DNA of 57,610 nucleotides, from assembly GCA_032718475.1 (NCBI GenBank), contig JAUCBJ010008763.1:1-57610 (forward strand). The letters are read 5' to 3'. Position 1 is the first letter of the stretch. Each line of letters begins with the position of its first letter. The notes under the pieces were generated by a model that was not told the origin of the DNA, did not search any database, and was given only the letters and a program-made list of their open reading frames with translations. Positions 36,001 to 48,009 of this stretch are shown piece by piece. Made by a program: the position numbers and the translations under genes. The DNA is from Nemertoderma westbladi (lineage: Eukaryota; Animalia; Xenacoelomorpha).

Positions 36001-38170
36001 CAGAACAGATCGACTATCCACTGGAGAAAACTGTCTATTGGACCGACGCTTTACTCGTGTTGGAGTATATAACCAATGAAGTCTGTCAGTTCAGCGTCTT
36101 CGTTACCAACAGAGTAGCCATTATACTCAGTCGCACAACGATGGATCAATGGAGACATTGCCCCGGAACGATTAATCCAGCAGACATCGCCTCCAGGGGA
36201 GCAACTCCACAAGAACTGGTAGACACTCCAGACTGGTTAGGTGGACCCGACTTCCTCTACAAAGAAGAAGAAGAATGGCCTGGCCTCCTCATCTTACTAC
36301 AGCAGAGATTAGACAGGCCAAGGGAGCGGAGAAAGTCAAACCTAAAACTCGGGCGAGTAAATCGAAGTTATTCAAACCCATGGTAGATCTGTCTGTACTA
36401 CATATTTCCGGAGACGACGCTTTGGATCAGAAACCCACAGCCACAAATAAACTTGTTGTGGAAATCCGTGAGAAGGATTGGAAATCTGGAATACCAGACG
36501 TCTCGCAAGGACTCTCACCTCTTCTGCAGAGAGCGATACATCACTACAGTTCCTGGAATCGGCTCTGTAAGGCCGTTACATATTTAAAGAGATGTTTTCA
36601 CCATCAATACTCCGGGATGAAGGCCAAAGGTGATACCGCTCCAATAACATCAGTGCAGGTCCATGTTATTAAAGATCTTCCCAAATATAAGATACCCGAC
36701 AGGTTTCTGAAGGAGAAGATCAGTTATCAGGAGCATGAAGAAACCAACAAGCAGATGCTGAGACTCCTGCAATGCTATTAGGATTCCGATAAGTATTTCC
36801 TGTTGTTGAGAAATCCACAGATGCGCTTAAGGGATCGTTTCTCTAGCACAATGATAGATGGGTTGATACGTGTTGGAGGAAGATTAACGAATGCTCCACT
36901 ATCCTTTGACACTAAGTTTCCCATACTCATTAGAAATCTTGAAATACAAGTCAAGATGATTGTAGACATTCACAGCAAACTTTATCATGCTGGTAGGGAA
37001 CGAGTTCTTAGCGAAATTCGAACTCGCTATTATTTTTATAAACCCCGTAGAGCTCTGAACCAAGTTCTTAGGAACTGCATACCCTGTAGGAAAGCATTCA
37101 GTAGGCCTTTAACACAGCGAGAGGCAGAATTACCTAGGGAACGAGTAAGCTTCTATGAACCACCCTTTACTAATACCGGTGTGGATTTATTTGGTCCCAT
37201 TGAAGTATATCGTGCTAGGACTATAGTCAAGAGATGGTGTGTCATCTTTGTTTGTATGACTTGTAGAGCTATCCATCTCGACATGGTGAACGATTTATCT
37301 ACCAACAGCTTTCTACTAAGCTTACGACGACAGATCGCTCGCTTTGGCACTAGTAACACGATGAGATCTGATAAGGGAACAAACTTCATTGGTGCCAACA
37401 ATGAAATCAAAGCTTACGTCAAAGATTGGAACCAAAGACAGGTGGACGATCAGCTACGAGTAACAGCGTCTAGCTGGACCTTCAACCCCGCCGACGCCCC
37501 TTGGTGGGGAGGAAGTTGGGAGAGATTAATAAGAAGTGTGAAGACAGCATTTCACTTTATAGTGCCTTGCCGCGCGTATCTCACCGACGAACTTTTGCGG
37601 ACGTTAATGGAGGAAATCGCCGCCTATCTCAACGAGAGACCACTTATGCCAGTCTCATCGAGTCCCGATTCCCTGGAAGCGCTAACACCCGCGCATTTCC
37701 TACTAAAGAAACCTGTAGCCATGCTCCCACAATCGGAAATCACAGACGGAGACGAATTCTGTCGGCAAACTTGGCAACTCATGCAGTTGTTATCCCGTCG
37801 TTTCGCTGACCATTTCGAAAAACATTATCTGCCCACGCTACAACTTCGAACTAAGTGGTTTGCGCAGCAAGAAAACGTCAGCGCTGGAGACATGGTTCTT
37901 ATTGTGGATGTAGATCTTCCACGTAAGCGGTGGCAGACAGGTCGTATCATCGAGACTCACATCTCGGATGACGGTTTGGTGCGATCGGTAGAACTCGTCG
38001 TCATGCGACGTAACTTCAAGAAACCGGGAATCGTCTTTGAGACACAGCAACTCAATCGCCCAGTTGGTCGTTTATGTTTACTGGAAAGAGACAGAGAACT
38101 CTCCGGAAACTATGGGAGGCAAGATAGATACTCTTCCCACGACCACCTCCCTAATCCAACCAACATCTAG
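30081..38170 (+). pseudogene. BEL/Pao gag-pol polyprotein, disrupted
   Basis: Gag core FNGD..W..F, three Cys/His knuckles, protease ALLDSGS, RT YMDD, RNase H FGDAS / WTD / NPADIASRG, integrase GVDLFGP / SDKGTNF / GGSWERLI. Stops at 30807 and 34752; frameshifts near 36290 and 36780. Confidence 0.96.
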
Positions 38171-38829
38171 GGACTCCCCAGCTTAGTAGCATATGGAGTG
38201 GGTGTGTGACCATATTATTTTATATTCTTATTATTTTATATTTATGTATGTATTATTATGTAATTTTATTATAATCGTTTTATTTAATTTTATTTAGTAG
38301 CATGTTATTTTAGCGATTATTTAGTAGATTAGTGCAATATATTCGCGTTTATTACGTAATTACTTATATTATATATTTAGTGCGACGGCGAGAAACAATT
38401 CTTTTTCTCTTTCCTTGCTGCCCGTATTACATTACGAATACGTAACTACAGTAAGATGAAATGTCCGTACTTATTAAAGTACAATAAAGCCACTACTATA
38501 TTCAAGTATTATTGGTAGGCAGAGTATTAGGAATGCAAAGTTCAGATCCTCGTGTCTCAGCTAAACCAAGCTCTGGGTAGACCTTGGAAACGACTTGCCT
38601 CTTCACACTGACATTGCTTCGTGCGATATTGCTCTCATACCGTATATTAGATAATACATATAGTAGCGTGATGTCCCTTTAACAGTAGCGTATAACGCAA
38701 AATAAATCTGTTAAACCCTTTGACCATCTGCAATTCTAGTCGATTAAGATATCGCGGCACCCACCGATATACTTGAAAGACAAAATTCTAGAATCAGTGG
38801 TTAACGTCCCCAGGCAAGTTCTGGAATAA

Positions 38830-39212
38830 GGGGCCGTCCAAGTATGACGTCAGCACTTTCGGGTGGGGAGGGGGGTTGGGAAAATCTGATGACGTGCTGA
38901 TGAGGGGAGGGGAGGGGGTCAGCCAAAATCTGACGTCAGCATGTTCATTTATAGGTGCTAGAAGAGATATAGCAGAAGAGTAATTAGCTTGCCTATTTTA
39001 ATTGTTCGAAGCCCCAGAAGGCCCGTAGCACAACCTTCTGTTTCAGTTACCAGTCACCATGTTTCAGTGATTAGCACGCGAACATTTTTTTTAATCTGAT
39101 TTAGGGGAGGGGGGGTGTCAACGCCTATCCACTATCTGATGACATCTGATTTAGGGGAGGGAGGGGGTCAACATTTTGGAGAAAAGTGCAGACGTCATAC
39201 TTGGACGGCCCC
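38830..39212. mobile_element. PIF/Harbinger-type MITE
   Basis: TAA TSD and TIR GGGGCCGTCCAAGTATGACGTC; G-rich interior. Confidence 0.88.
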
Positions 39213-39350
39213 TAAACTGGTGCCCATCCTAAATATTAATTATTAATATTTACAAAATCTGTCAAATATCAGATCCTTTAAAATTCTAGTCGATTAAGAT
39301 ATCGTAGCACTTACCGATACTCTTAAAAAGACAAAATTCCTAGAATCAAG

Positions 39351-39953
39351 GATAATGATATTACAACGCTCTATCACCATCTGGAAAAGCTGCAGGACGA
39401 TAATGAGAACTCAGAACAATATTCGAAAAATTACAACCTTCTCTTCCATGGGATTTCTAACGATAAAGCTGCAGTGGATATCGCTCTTAAATCTGCTGGT
39501 ATTTCCCCATCGGACATAGATATAATGCACCGAATGCCGCCACCAAGATCTGTTGGTAGATTTGCTGATACCAGATCGTCGGCAGCTCGATCGCGCCCCC
39601 TTATCGTAAGATTCATTTCCCGAGAAAAACGTCTATCGGTTATTAAGATGAAAGAAAAACTCCCCAATAATGTATACTTAACTGAGCATCTCACAGCGCG
39701 TCGATCCGGTCTCCTACGTTCTCTAAAACAACTCAAGAAATCAAAGTTGATTCACTCAGCATTCTCTCGCAATGGTTCTATCCTCTGTAAAATAAAACCT
39801 GACGATTCGACACGCACTATTCGATCCTCTTCTGATATTGATGATATTCGAGGGAGAGTTGCCGGAACCAAGATGAACGTCACCGTAGGAGTTAATGATT
39901 CTACAAATCTTATCAATGAGTCCATTCTTTCTACCACCAGCAACTGCGACTAA
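39351..39953 (+). CDS. LINE ORF1 C-terminal part (RRM-like)
   Basis: EQYSKNYNLLFHGI, IDIMHRM, RPLIVRF, VYLTEHLT; the 5' end is missing. Confidence 0.85.
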   Translation, partial: DNDITTLYHHLEKLQDDNENSEQYSKNYNLLFHGISNDKAAVDIALKSAGISPSDIDIMHRMPPPRSVGRFADTRSSAARSRPLIVRFISREKRLSVIKMKEKLPNNVYLTEHLTARRSGLLRSLKQLKKSKLIHSAFSRNGSILCKIKPDDSTRTIRSSSDIDDIRGRVAGTKMNVTVGVNDSTNLINESILSTTSNCD

Positions 39954-40135
39954 CGTAAATCTTCGCCTGCTCGCCTAATAAACCTCAAATTACCATGCAA
40001 ACTCGGTACCGGTTCCGTGTAGGTTATCTGAAATTTTTTAGTACACAGTAGTACAGTGCAGTACTTCGAACTATTGGGATTTTATTTTGACATTGCCTTT
40101 GCCATTATTTTATATTAAATTCCAAAATATATTAT

Positions 40136-43100
40136 ATGCCAGTCAATGACCCTCGTACATCCTGCCATTTCTGCTTTTCAAAATTTAATAAAAAAGATAG
40201 TAAAATAGTATGCGATATCTGTAAGAATTCTTACCACCAGCAATGCGGTTCTAATATTACTACTCCATTATTGAATTTATCTCATATTTACTGTTTATTC
40301 TGTTACAATGATATTTTTCCTTTTAATACTATTCCGCCCGATGACTATGATATTTTTGAAAGCAATGACATTGATATTTTATTACCCGAAAATTATATGG
40401 ACTCTAATAGCACTTTTAAAAATATTGACCCGGACCAAAATTTAAATAATATAAAAACAAATTGTCAGTATTATAATGAACAAAATTTTAATAACAAGTT
40501 TGATTCTAAAAATACAAATTTTTCAGTGTTTCATGTAAACTGTAGAAGCCTAAACAAAAATCTAGCGCCTACCTCTGACTTCCTATCATTACTAACCCTA
40601 AATTTCGACATACTAACTTTTACAGAAACATTTATTACAGATGAGACGGATCTATCTTACTTACACATTGACGGCTACTCAACCCCACTTATTACAAACC
40701 GAAAATATGGGCTAAAAAACCGAGGGGGGACTGCCATTTACCTTAAGAACGGAATTGACTTTACTGAACGGACTGACATAACTATACCGAACTGTGAATC
40801 TACTTGGGTTACTATAAACAGAAATTCAAATAATAATCACTCCAAAAGACAAATATTAATTGGAACTATTTACCACCCAGACTCGTGCAATACTAACGAT
40901 TTCATAGATAATTTCAATTCGGTTTTAGCTTCGATCAATCAAAATACAACTGACATAATAATAACCGGCGACATGAATATAGATTTATTGAAACGCTCTA
41001 ACCACGCCAATAACTATATACAAACTATAGAATCAAATGGATTTGAACAAATAATAGACAAAGCAACTAGAATTACACCATACTCCCGAACTTTAATAGA
41101 CCATATATCAACTAATATTAACAATAAAACAGTATCATCTGGAGTTTTCCAAAGCCAACAAGGATCAACTGATCACTTAGCCACTTTTGCAATCATACAA
41201 AATTATTCCTGCCACTTTACGCAACAAGAAATGAAATATGTATATGATTACTCCAAATATAACAAAAATAAATTTATTTCAGACATAAAAGATATTAATA
41301 ACTGGACATATAACAAAACAACAGTACCCATAGAAAAACAATTCGAAATATTTTACTCTGATTTTCAAAATATAACCAATAAACACTTGCCAAGAAAGAT
41401 CCTAGAAAAAAAAGAAATTCCTAAAAAACCTTGGATGACTCCCGCGTTAGTACAATCAACAATCAAGAAAAATGACCTATATGCAAATCTAATTACTAAC
41501 CCTACATGCGAAAAAGAACAGTTTTATAAACAATACCGCAATAAACTAACAACAACTCTTAGAAAGGCTGAAAAAAACTACTACCACTCAGAATTCGAGA
41601 AACACAAAACAAATACAAAAAAAACATGGCAAACAATAAACAAAGCACTAAATAAGTCAAATAACTTGAATACTCCAAAAAAAATTAGCATATCAACAAC
41701 AGTAGGAACCATAAATAAAACTCTCCCAAAAGAAATTGCCAATGTACTTAACCAACACTTCGCTAATATAGGTCCAGAACTAGCAGAGACAATTCCGAGA
41801 AGTAACCGTAACCCAACTAGATTCATAAACCACCGTAAGTCAAACTCATTCTACCTATCAGATACAACGCAAACTGAAATACTATATTACCTACTAGACC
41901 TAGACAACAACTGCTCTACTAATGACCTATTCCCCATACAACTAGTTAAAACTGCAGCACACGACCTATCACCTCACTTAACTTACTTAATTAACAAATC
42001 AATTAATAATGGAATTTTCCCAAAAGTACTAAAACAAGCAAAAATTACCCCAGTCTACAAAACAGGCGACCCTACAGATAAAAACAACTACAGACCAATA
42101 TCGGTCTTGCCGCTATTTAGCAAACTCTACGAACGTATAATTAATACCCAACTCATAACCTACTTAGAAAAATACTCAATTCTATCTCACTGCCAATACG
42201 GTTTTAGGAAACGTTCTACTACAACAGACGCTATACTTACAATCACAGAAAGACTACTTGAATCTCTTGACCATCACGAATCATCATGCCTAATTTCTAT
42301 AGATTTAAAAAAGGCTTTTGATACCCTGAACCATAGCATCCTCTTAAAAAAATTAAACTGTTACGGTATCAGAGGTCTTCCGCTCCAACTATTCACAAGC
42401 TTCCTCAATGATCGCTCACACACAGTTGTTATAAACCATACACACTCCGACCCTCTTACCCCACATTGTGGTACCCCACAAGGTGCTATCTTAAGTGCTA
42501 CTCTATTTTTATTGTATATAAATGACTTACCGAACTGCACAAATTTACATACTACTCTTTTTGCCGATGATACTAACATACTGTACAGTCACACCCACAA
42601 GGACACACTAATTACAAAAGTAAATAATGAACTCTCGAAAATTGATCAATGGCTCACTGACAACAAACTATCCCTCAATCTTAAAAAAACCGAATATCTC
42701 ATATTTTCAAATTCAAATACTACTATCACTCAAAAAATAAAAATAAATAATGTTAATATCAAACAAACAAATGAAACAAAATTTTTGGGCATCTGGATAG
42801 ACAATAAATTATCTTGGAAATATCACTGCTCCTACATACTGAAGAAAATTTCGAAATCCTGCGGAATATTTTTTAAACTTCGCCATATCTTGCCATTAAA
42901 TATACTAAAAATGATTTTCTATGCACTGATACACCCATATATTCAATATGGTATAATATTATGGGGAAACACGCACCATAAATACATATACCCACTCAGA
43001 GTAAAAATAAATAAAATAATTCGTGCAATAACATTTAATCATTACCAAGCTCATTCAAACCCAATCTATAAATTTCTGGAAATATTACCAATAGAAAAGT

Positions 43101-43390
43101 TACATATATTGGAAACATCAAAATTAATGTGGGAAATAAAAAACTCAAAAAAACAATCTTTTATCACGTCACTTTTCTCCCTCCCCTCTACTATACATAA
43201 GTACACTACAAGATCCGTCACATCAATGAACTATTACATACCACGTACAAGACTGGTTCTAACACAAAGATCACTCAAATATCACGGTACTTTGATATGG
43301 AATTCACTTCCCCTGAAAATAAAAGAAAGTAAAACTAAGAAAGCACTTACCCAAAATCTCAAAAAGTCATTGCTAAGCGATCTAACTTAA
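40136..43390 (+). CDS. LINE ORF2: PHD-like finger, APE endonuclease and reverse transcriptase (1084 aa, uninterrupted)
   Basis: CxxC..CxxC..HxxC..CxxC; HVNCRSL, TET, GDMNID, IDHI, TDH; NYRPIS, QYGFR, DLKKAFD, GTPQGAIL, FADDT. Confidence 0.96.
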   Translation: MPVNDPRTSCHFCFSKFNKKDSKIVCDICKNSYHQQCGSNITTPLLNLSHIYCLFCYNDIFPFNTIPPDDYDIFESNDIDILLPENYMDSNSTFKNIDPDQNLNNIKTNCQYYNEQNFNNKFDSKNTNFSVFHVNCRSLNKNLAPTSDFLSLLTLNFDILTFTETFITDETDLSYLHIDGYSTPLITNRKYGLKNRGGTAIYLKNGIDFTERTDITIPNCESTWVTINRNSNNNHSKRQILIGTIYHPDSCNTNDFIDNFNSVLASINQNTTDIIITGDMNIDLLKRSNHANNYIQTIESNGFEQIIDKATRITPYSRTLIDHISTNINNKTVSSGVFQSQQGSTDHLATFAIIQNYSCHFTQQEMKYVYDYSKYNKNKFISDIKDINNWTYNKTTVPIEKQFEIFYSDFQNITNKHLPRKILEKKEIPKKPWMTPALVQSTIKKNDLYANLITNPTCEKEQFYKQYRNKLTTTLRKAEKNYYHSEFEKHKTNTKKTWQTINKALNKSNNLNTPKKISISTTVGTINKTLPKEIANVLNQHFANIGPELAETIPRSNRNPTRFINHRKSNSFYLSDTTQTEILYYLLDLDNNCSTNDLFPIQLVKTAAHDLSPHLTYLINKSINNGIFPKVLKQAKITPVYKTGDPTDKNNYRPISVLPLFSKLYERIINTQLITYLEKYSILSHCQYGFRKRSTTTDAILTITERLLESLDHHESSCLISIDLKKAFDTLNHSILLKKLNCYGIRGLPLQLFTSFLNDRSHTVVINHTHSDPLTPHCGTPQGAILSATLFLLYINDLPNCTNLHTTLFADDTNILYSHTHKDTLITKVNNELSKIDQWLTDNKLSLNLKKTEYLIFSNSNTTITQKIKINNVNIKQTNETKFLGIWIDNKLSWKYHCSYILKKISKSCGIFFKLRHILPLNILKMIFYALIHPYIQYGIILWGNTHHKYIYPLRVKINKIIRAITFNHYQAHSNPIYKFLEILPIEKLHILETSKLMWEIKNSKKQSFITSLFSLPSTIHKYTTRSVTSMNYYIPRTRLVLTQRSLKYHGTLIWNSLPLKIKESKTKKALTQNLKKSLLSDLT

Positions 43391-44304
43391 AATAGAATAA
43401 AACTTAAAATAAATAAGTCCTAGAATAGTATTAGGCCCGATCATCTATTAAACTCATTAAATAAATTTTTATCTATTAATAATCGTATATCACATCGCAT
43501 TAACTGGATATTTCAAATTTTTTTAAAATCTCAAAATGTAATTTAAATATATTAAAATCAGCAGATTGTACGAATTAAATTGATTGATATGTAATATTTA
43601 CAACAAAACGCTCGCCACGGCAACAGGGAACTATACTAGCTTTGCTACTGTTTCCTGTTTCTCATAAATACTACAATACTGTAAACAAATATTGGAACTC
43701 CAAACCTAGCACCGATCCATATAATCAAAATAACAATAAAACCCCAATTACGCACTGTACCTAAACTGGTGATGGGTTTATAATACTGAGAGCGTGTATT
43801 ATGATAACGAAACAAATAAATGAACCCTTAAGGGTTCCTTTGATTGATTGATTGATTGAATAGCATAGGGAATAAATAGCGCACTGCTAGTATCCAAGGA
43901 TACATAATAACAACGTGACATTCTGGAAGGCACTTGACTAACGGACAAATGACCCGAATGTGTGATAGAATGTGTACCATTTGTGACAGTTACGTGGAAT
44001 TTGTGCGTTTGTAGGTGAATGTTACTACTAAGGTGTGTTTACAGTAGCGAGTCGCAATTGTGAAAGTAGCCCTAACTCTCCAGTAAGAACCTGAAGTATA
44101 TCTAAGCCTTTGGGACAGACAGTGGAGTGACTTGTGCCAGTTATCGTTGTCGTTGTGTAGCTACATCGTTGGCGAAAGCACAGCGACGACGGTACATCGG
44201 CGCTGAGGATCTTGCACTGTCCGGGGGCAAAAGAGGGGTAGGCAGCGACGCCCACTAGCCTAAATATAAACTCATTATAATATTGATAAACTCATATAGC
44301 AGAT

Positions 44305-45126
44305 ATGACTAAGTTGATAGAAGATGATCTTTGTATCAGGGAGCGATATACTCTACCTTTACAAGCGTTTGTTGATAGCTTGATACGCAGCGACGCTGGT
44401 CCAACTACTACAGAGGACAATGGTCGTTATATCGAACCGCCGATGTCCCAGGAGCAACTTACGCGTGAATTGGACTATCGAAAATTCACTGCTCGCTATA
44501 CGCATCGTAATGGTACGCTTATGGACTTCTTAACTACTGGTCATCCTATCGACCTACACGATACGAACGATATAGACACCAAAAGGGAAATGGTTTTATT
44601 TAAATATCATACCCAGCGGAAGCGGAACGATAAACTGAGACTCGAACACGAAAATTCTATTCGAAACCGACTCGAAAGTGCAGATGTTGAAGAGCCGGAT
44701 AAACGCAGCGACTTCACCAAATACCTGGAATTCTTGAGAGAAACCTATCTCGATATTACCAGTCAACAGAATCTAGAAACTCGATATCCTCAAGGTATAC
44801 ATCATGACCGCATGGTAGAACTCAAACGGCTCTATTCCACTATGATGTATCTTACCGCCGATCGACCTCTACCTATTGTACCGGATAGCTTCGAACGGAT
44901 GGAAGAATATTGTAAGCTGGAGAAAGATCACTCGCGTTTCCCCTACAAGACGTGCGTTTTTGGTATTATTGCGATGAATGCCCAAGACCCAACCAACAAA
45001 CGGAAAGACATAAACATCCGCGGAGACATTGCTTTAAACACGGTTTTACTCGCTATATTTACAGGAGTTTCGAGCGAAACTTGTTCGATGTATCACCTAC
45101 GCCCGTTCGACTCAGACGATCCTTAA
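44305..45126 (+). CDS. Unknown 273-aa accessory ORF in the BEL 3' region
   Basis: Open frame between pol and the 3' LTR, preceded by TATAAA near 44265. No signal peptide or recognisable domain. Confidence 0.6.
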   Translation: MTKLIEDDLCIRERYTLPLQAFVDSLIRSDAGPTTTEDNGRYIEPPMSQEQLTRELDYRKFTARYTHRNGTLMDFLTTGHPIDLHDTNDIDTKREMVLFKYHTQRKRNDKLRLEHENSIRNRLESADVEEPDKRSDFTKYLEFLRETYLDITSQQNLETRYPQGIHHDRMVELKRLYSTMMYLTADRPLPIVPDSFERMEEYCKLEKDHSRFPYKTCVFGIIAMNAQDPTNKRKDINIRGDIALNTVLLAIFTGVSSETCSMYHLRPFDSDDP

Positions 45127-45902
45127 ATAAACCAATGATCAGAGTTTCGGAATACTCGATCAGATCTCCTCATTCCCTAGTGAGACCTCAGACTCTTGAT
45201 CCTATTAGTATGACGGATCCTCCTGAGCTGTATTCACTGTTCAAAGATCTAGTGTTACCCTAACAATTAATCGGTAACACTCCGGCAGTGAGCTCTAGTT
45301 AGCCGCCCATCTTACCTAGCCGTATTGGGACGCGGACACCTAATATCGCCATTCAACCGTATAGTCGTCCCAGTTTAACGCGATACAACCCTTCATCAAG
45401 GTGTAGGAGAGCGTTGTACGAAACGAGTTAAACGCTATTCTACAAAGATCAGAAAGGAAACCTGCGTTTGTTCAGATAAACGTAAGTTGTAATAGCAGGT
45501 CCAAGCGGTAAACAAAGTAAATTTATCTCAGTTCGATCGGGAAATCCAGAATCTCTAAGAAGTTATCGAACTTGGACGACCCTATTCTCTGCGAGAGTTT
45601 TTGGATGAACGTATCCAGCTACGAGCGGAGGAAAATCAGCTCGAGGAGAAGCATATCGAAACGGCGGATACCCCGACCATAATCCTACACCTTCTGATGC
45701 AATCATATTGCACCCTTCACCCAGGATTTATAGCCCTCCTAGTAAAGTGGCTCCCCCCAAAGAGAAAAGGACTCTTGTTAGCCTCAAAAAACTGCGTAAA
45801 CGCCGTCCTTGCAAGAAAGACTAACTGTTTAGAGTATTTTTATATTTTAGAAACTGTGATTTGTTATATTTTATAGACTTAAATCCCATTTTCTGGGAGC
45901 GG

Positions 45903-47046
45903 TGTAAAGGCTTTTGCGTAATTAGCCGGTTATTTTACCCGTAAAGTACTCTGTAGTTGGTTTAACAGGCATAAAAGGCCGTGTCCTTGCTGTACTGGTG
46001 TTTTAGAGGACATAAAAGCCATTTCTTCTGTATGTGTACTTTAGCGGACATAATCCGCAGTTTTATGACGCAATGCGCCAAATCCTCTGTAAACAGTGTG
46101 GCTGCCATGGCGACGGCTAACAGCTGATATTGCCACGTAGAACATCTCTTTGTTCTTTGTTCTCTCTTTGTTCGGTCGACCAATCAGAGCGTTTTTTTGC
46201 CTCTGTGTTGGAGATTTTATATAGAAACTAGGGAAGTGAGTCAGTATGTGATTTTTGTCCACAGCCTACAACACCGGCGTGGAACCTCCGTGTTTCAGTC
46301 TCTAGTTCAACATTAGTAGGCTTAATTATAGAACGTATATCCGTTATCATACTTAACTAACCATTCATACCTTAAACTTTGTACTGCTATTTACTGTCGG
46401 TTATTCATTATATTTGTTGATGGAATATTATATTCGGAATACTGATAAACAATCAGACACCCCAATCTTCTTGATATACTAAAGGTTAGAGAGACCGGAT
46501 ACATATAACGATTGCAACTTACATTAAGTGGTTTGAAGTGAATCTAATGCTATTTTATAGGCCCTACACGTATTGTCTGTTGTTCTCCTTATATGTGACT
46601 AAAATTAGTGAAGGTCGGCAGATTAGTGTGCAGCATTGTGCAGTATTGTGTATGATTGTGATTGATAACGAAGCATCTCCTAAAGAATGCGCCATATATG
46701 TGAATCTATAGCCATCCCGTTGTGTATAGTTTAAGTCATAACTCTGTTTATATATTTAAAGCGCCACGTCCTAAAGGAACTGTTAATATTTCCCGAAAGT
46801 GAATAATATTTGTCAGAGATTATATATATTACGATCAGTCGAATAATACAGTAGGCCTACCCCACAATACGGTTAGGCTTCCGAATCCAGTCTCCCGGGT
46901 ATATCCAGCGGGTGAATGATCGCGCATAGACTGGATTCGGCTAATGTAGTGTATCAAATACTTGTTATAGGCTAAAGACTATTTATCATCTAAAAAGACA
47001 TCCAAATTTGGCAGGTTAAACTGCTAAAGGTCTGAAAGCGCGAACA
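45903..47046 (+). repeat. 3' LTR of BEL element 1, preceded by a short purine tract GGGAGCGG
   Basis: Direct repeat of 26756-27899. Confidence 0.96.
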
Positions 47047-47214
47047 AATGTGCTTGGTATTATTAATACATTGTGTTCTAGAACAGTACGGTAATATAGT
47101 AACAAATAAACAATTGTAAAATGTAACAAAAAAAATCAGAAATCTCCATACCCATATCGAACCAGTACCCACCATAATATCAAAGCAAACTATTTTCTTC
47201 CTCTATGGTTAACA

Positions 47215-48009
47215 TCAATACGGGGTTACCAAACCGGCATACAGGTCAATGGTATTTAACCTTCGTGCAAAGTTGTGAGCAAGGGGCATTGTTGTCCACA
47301 TTGGCCTTCCAGTTAGAAGGTAGGTCGATATATGGTCGCGGTTACACGCGGTTAAATTGTACCTAACCGGTACCCCGACCAATCGTGACAGCCTGTAAAA
47401 TACTTTGCTTAAGTTTATGTCGCCATGCCGCCTGTTGAACTGTCTCATGAATGTTGTGTCAATACACAACGGACAAGGATTTTGAAGGAAAGCTTGGGTT
47501 GCTGGTCGGATTAGAACCTTGGGTGAAAGTTCACCACTATCCAGCTGTAGCTCTATAAGGTCTGATGTGGGTTCGTGTTCACGGTTTAGCAACACAGCCG
47601 TATGAAAATATTTTTTGCTTCCATTATTAGGAAGAGTCCAAAATCCAGTTGGAGTCGTTTGCCTTTCAAAAACGACCTTAGCTCCGGTAAGATAGTCTTT
47701 TAGTAAATTAAATTCTTCAAACGTGTCGGATATGTTCGGTGCAATGTAGCTAGCTTCAATGACGGCATATCTTTCTTCCAAATTAAAGATGGGATGACGA
47801 TGTCCATCTGTTTGCATTTGTTGACCTCCATAATGGTGCCGAACTGCTCGACGAAACTCATTGAGAAGTTTTCTTCTTGTCAATCCGGGCAGACCTAAGA
47901 ATATGCCAATAGGCCCATCATCCAATATTGTCTCAAATTCAATTTCATCATCGCTCTCTTGGTAAAAGTTTGCAACCAAAAACCTCAGTGAATCTTGGAC
48001 ACTATTCAT
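47215..48009 (-). CDS. H-box/NC (LRAT/PLAAT-like) protein with catalytic Cys replaced by Arg
   Basis: YFHTAV..YNLTACNRDHISTYLLTG (NCDH in copy 1). A 1-bp deletion shortens the C-terminus. Intronless. Confidence 0.7.
   Translation of the reverse strand: MNSVQDSLRFLVANFYQESDDEIEFETILDDGPIGIFLGLPGLTRRKLLNEFRRAVRHHYGGQQMQTDGHRHPIFNLEERYAVIEASYIAPNISDTFEEFNLLKDYLTGAKVVFERQTTPTGFWTLPNNGSKKYFHTAVLLNREHEPTSDLIELQLDSGELSPKVLIRPATQAFLQNPCPLCIDTTFMRQFNRRHGDINLSKVFYRLSRLVGVPVRYNLTACNRDHISTYLLTGRPMWTTMPLAHNFARRLNTIDLYAGLVTPY

Larger units (their letters stand above)
39347..43859 (+). mobile_element. 5'-truncated CR1/L2-group (Crack-like) LINE nested in the BEL 3' region
   Basis: ORF1 remnant, intact ORF2, 3' palindrome GAACCCTTAAGGGTTC and a (TTGA)n tail. 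Confidence 0.92.
26756..47046 (+). mobile_element. Full-length BEL/Pao LTR retrotransposon (20.3 kb including nested insertions)
   Basis: 1144-bp TG..CA LTRs and a 5-bp TSD AATGT (26751-26755 and 47047-47051). The empty site is visible in copy 1 near 14508. PR-RT-RH-IN order with BEL motifs. Confidence 0.97.

Noticed and set aside
44305-45126. env gene
   Set aside because: No signal peptide, cysteine-rich ectodomain or clear transmembrane anchor.
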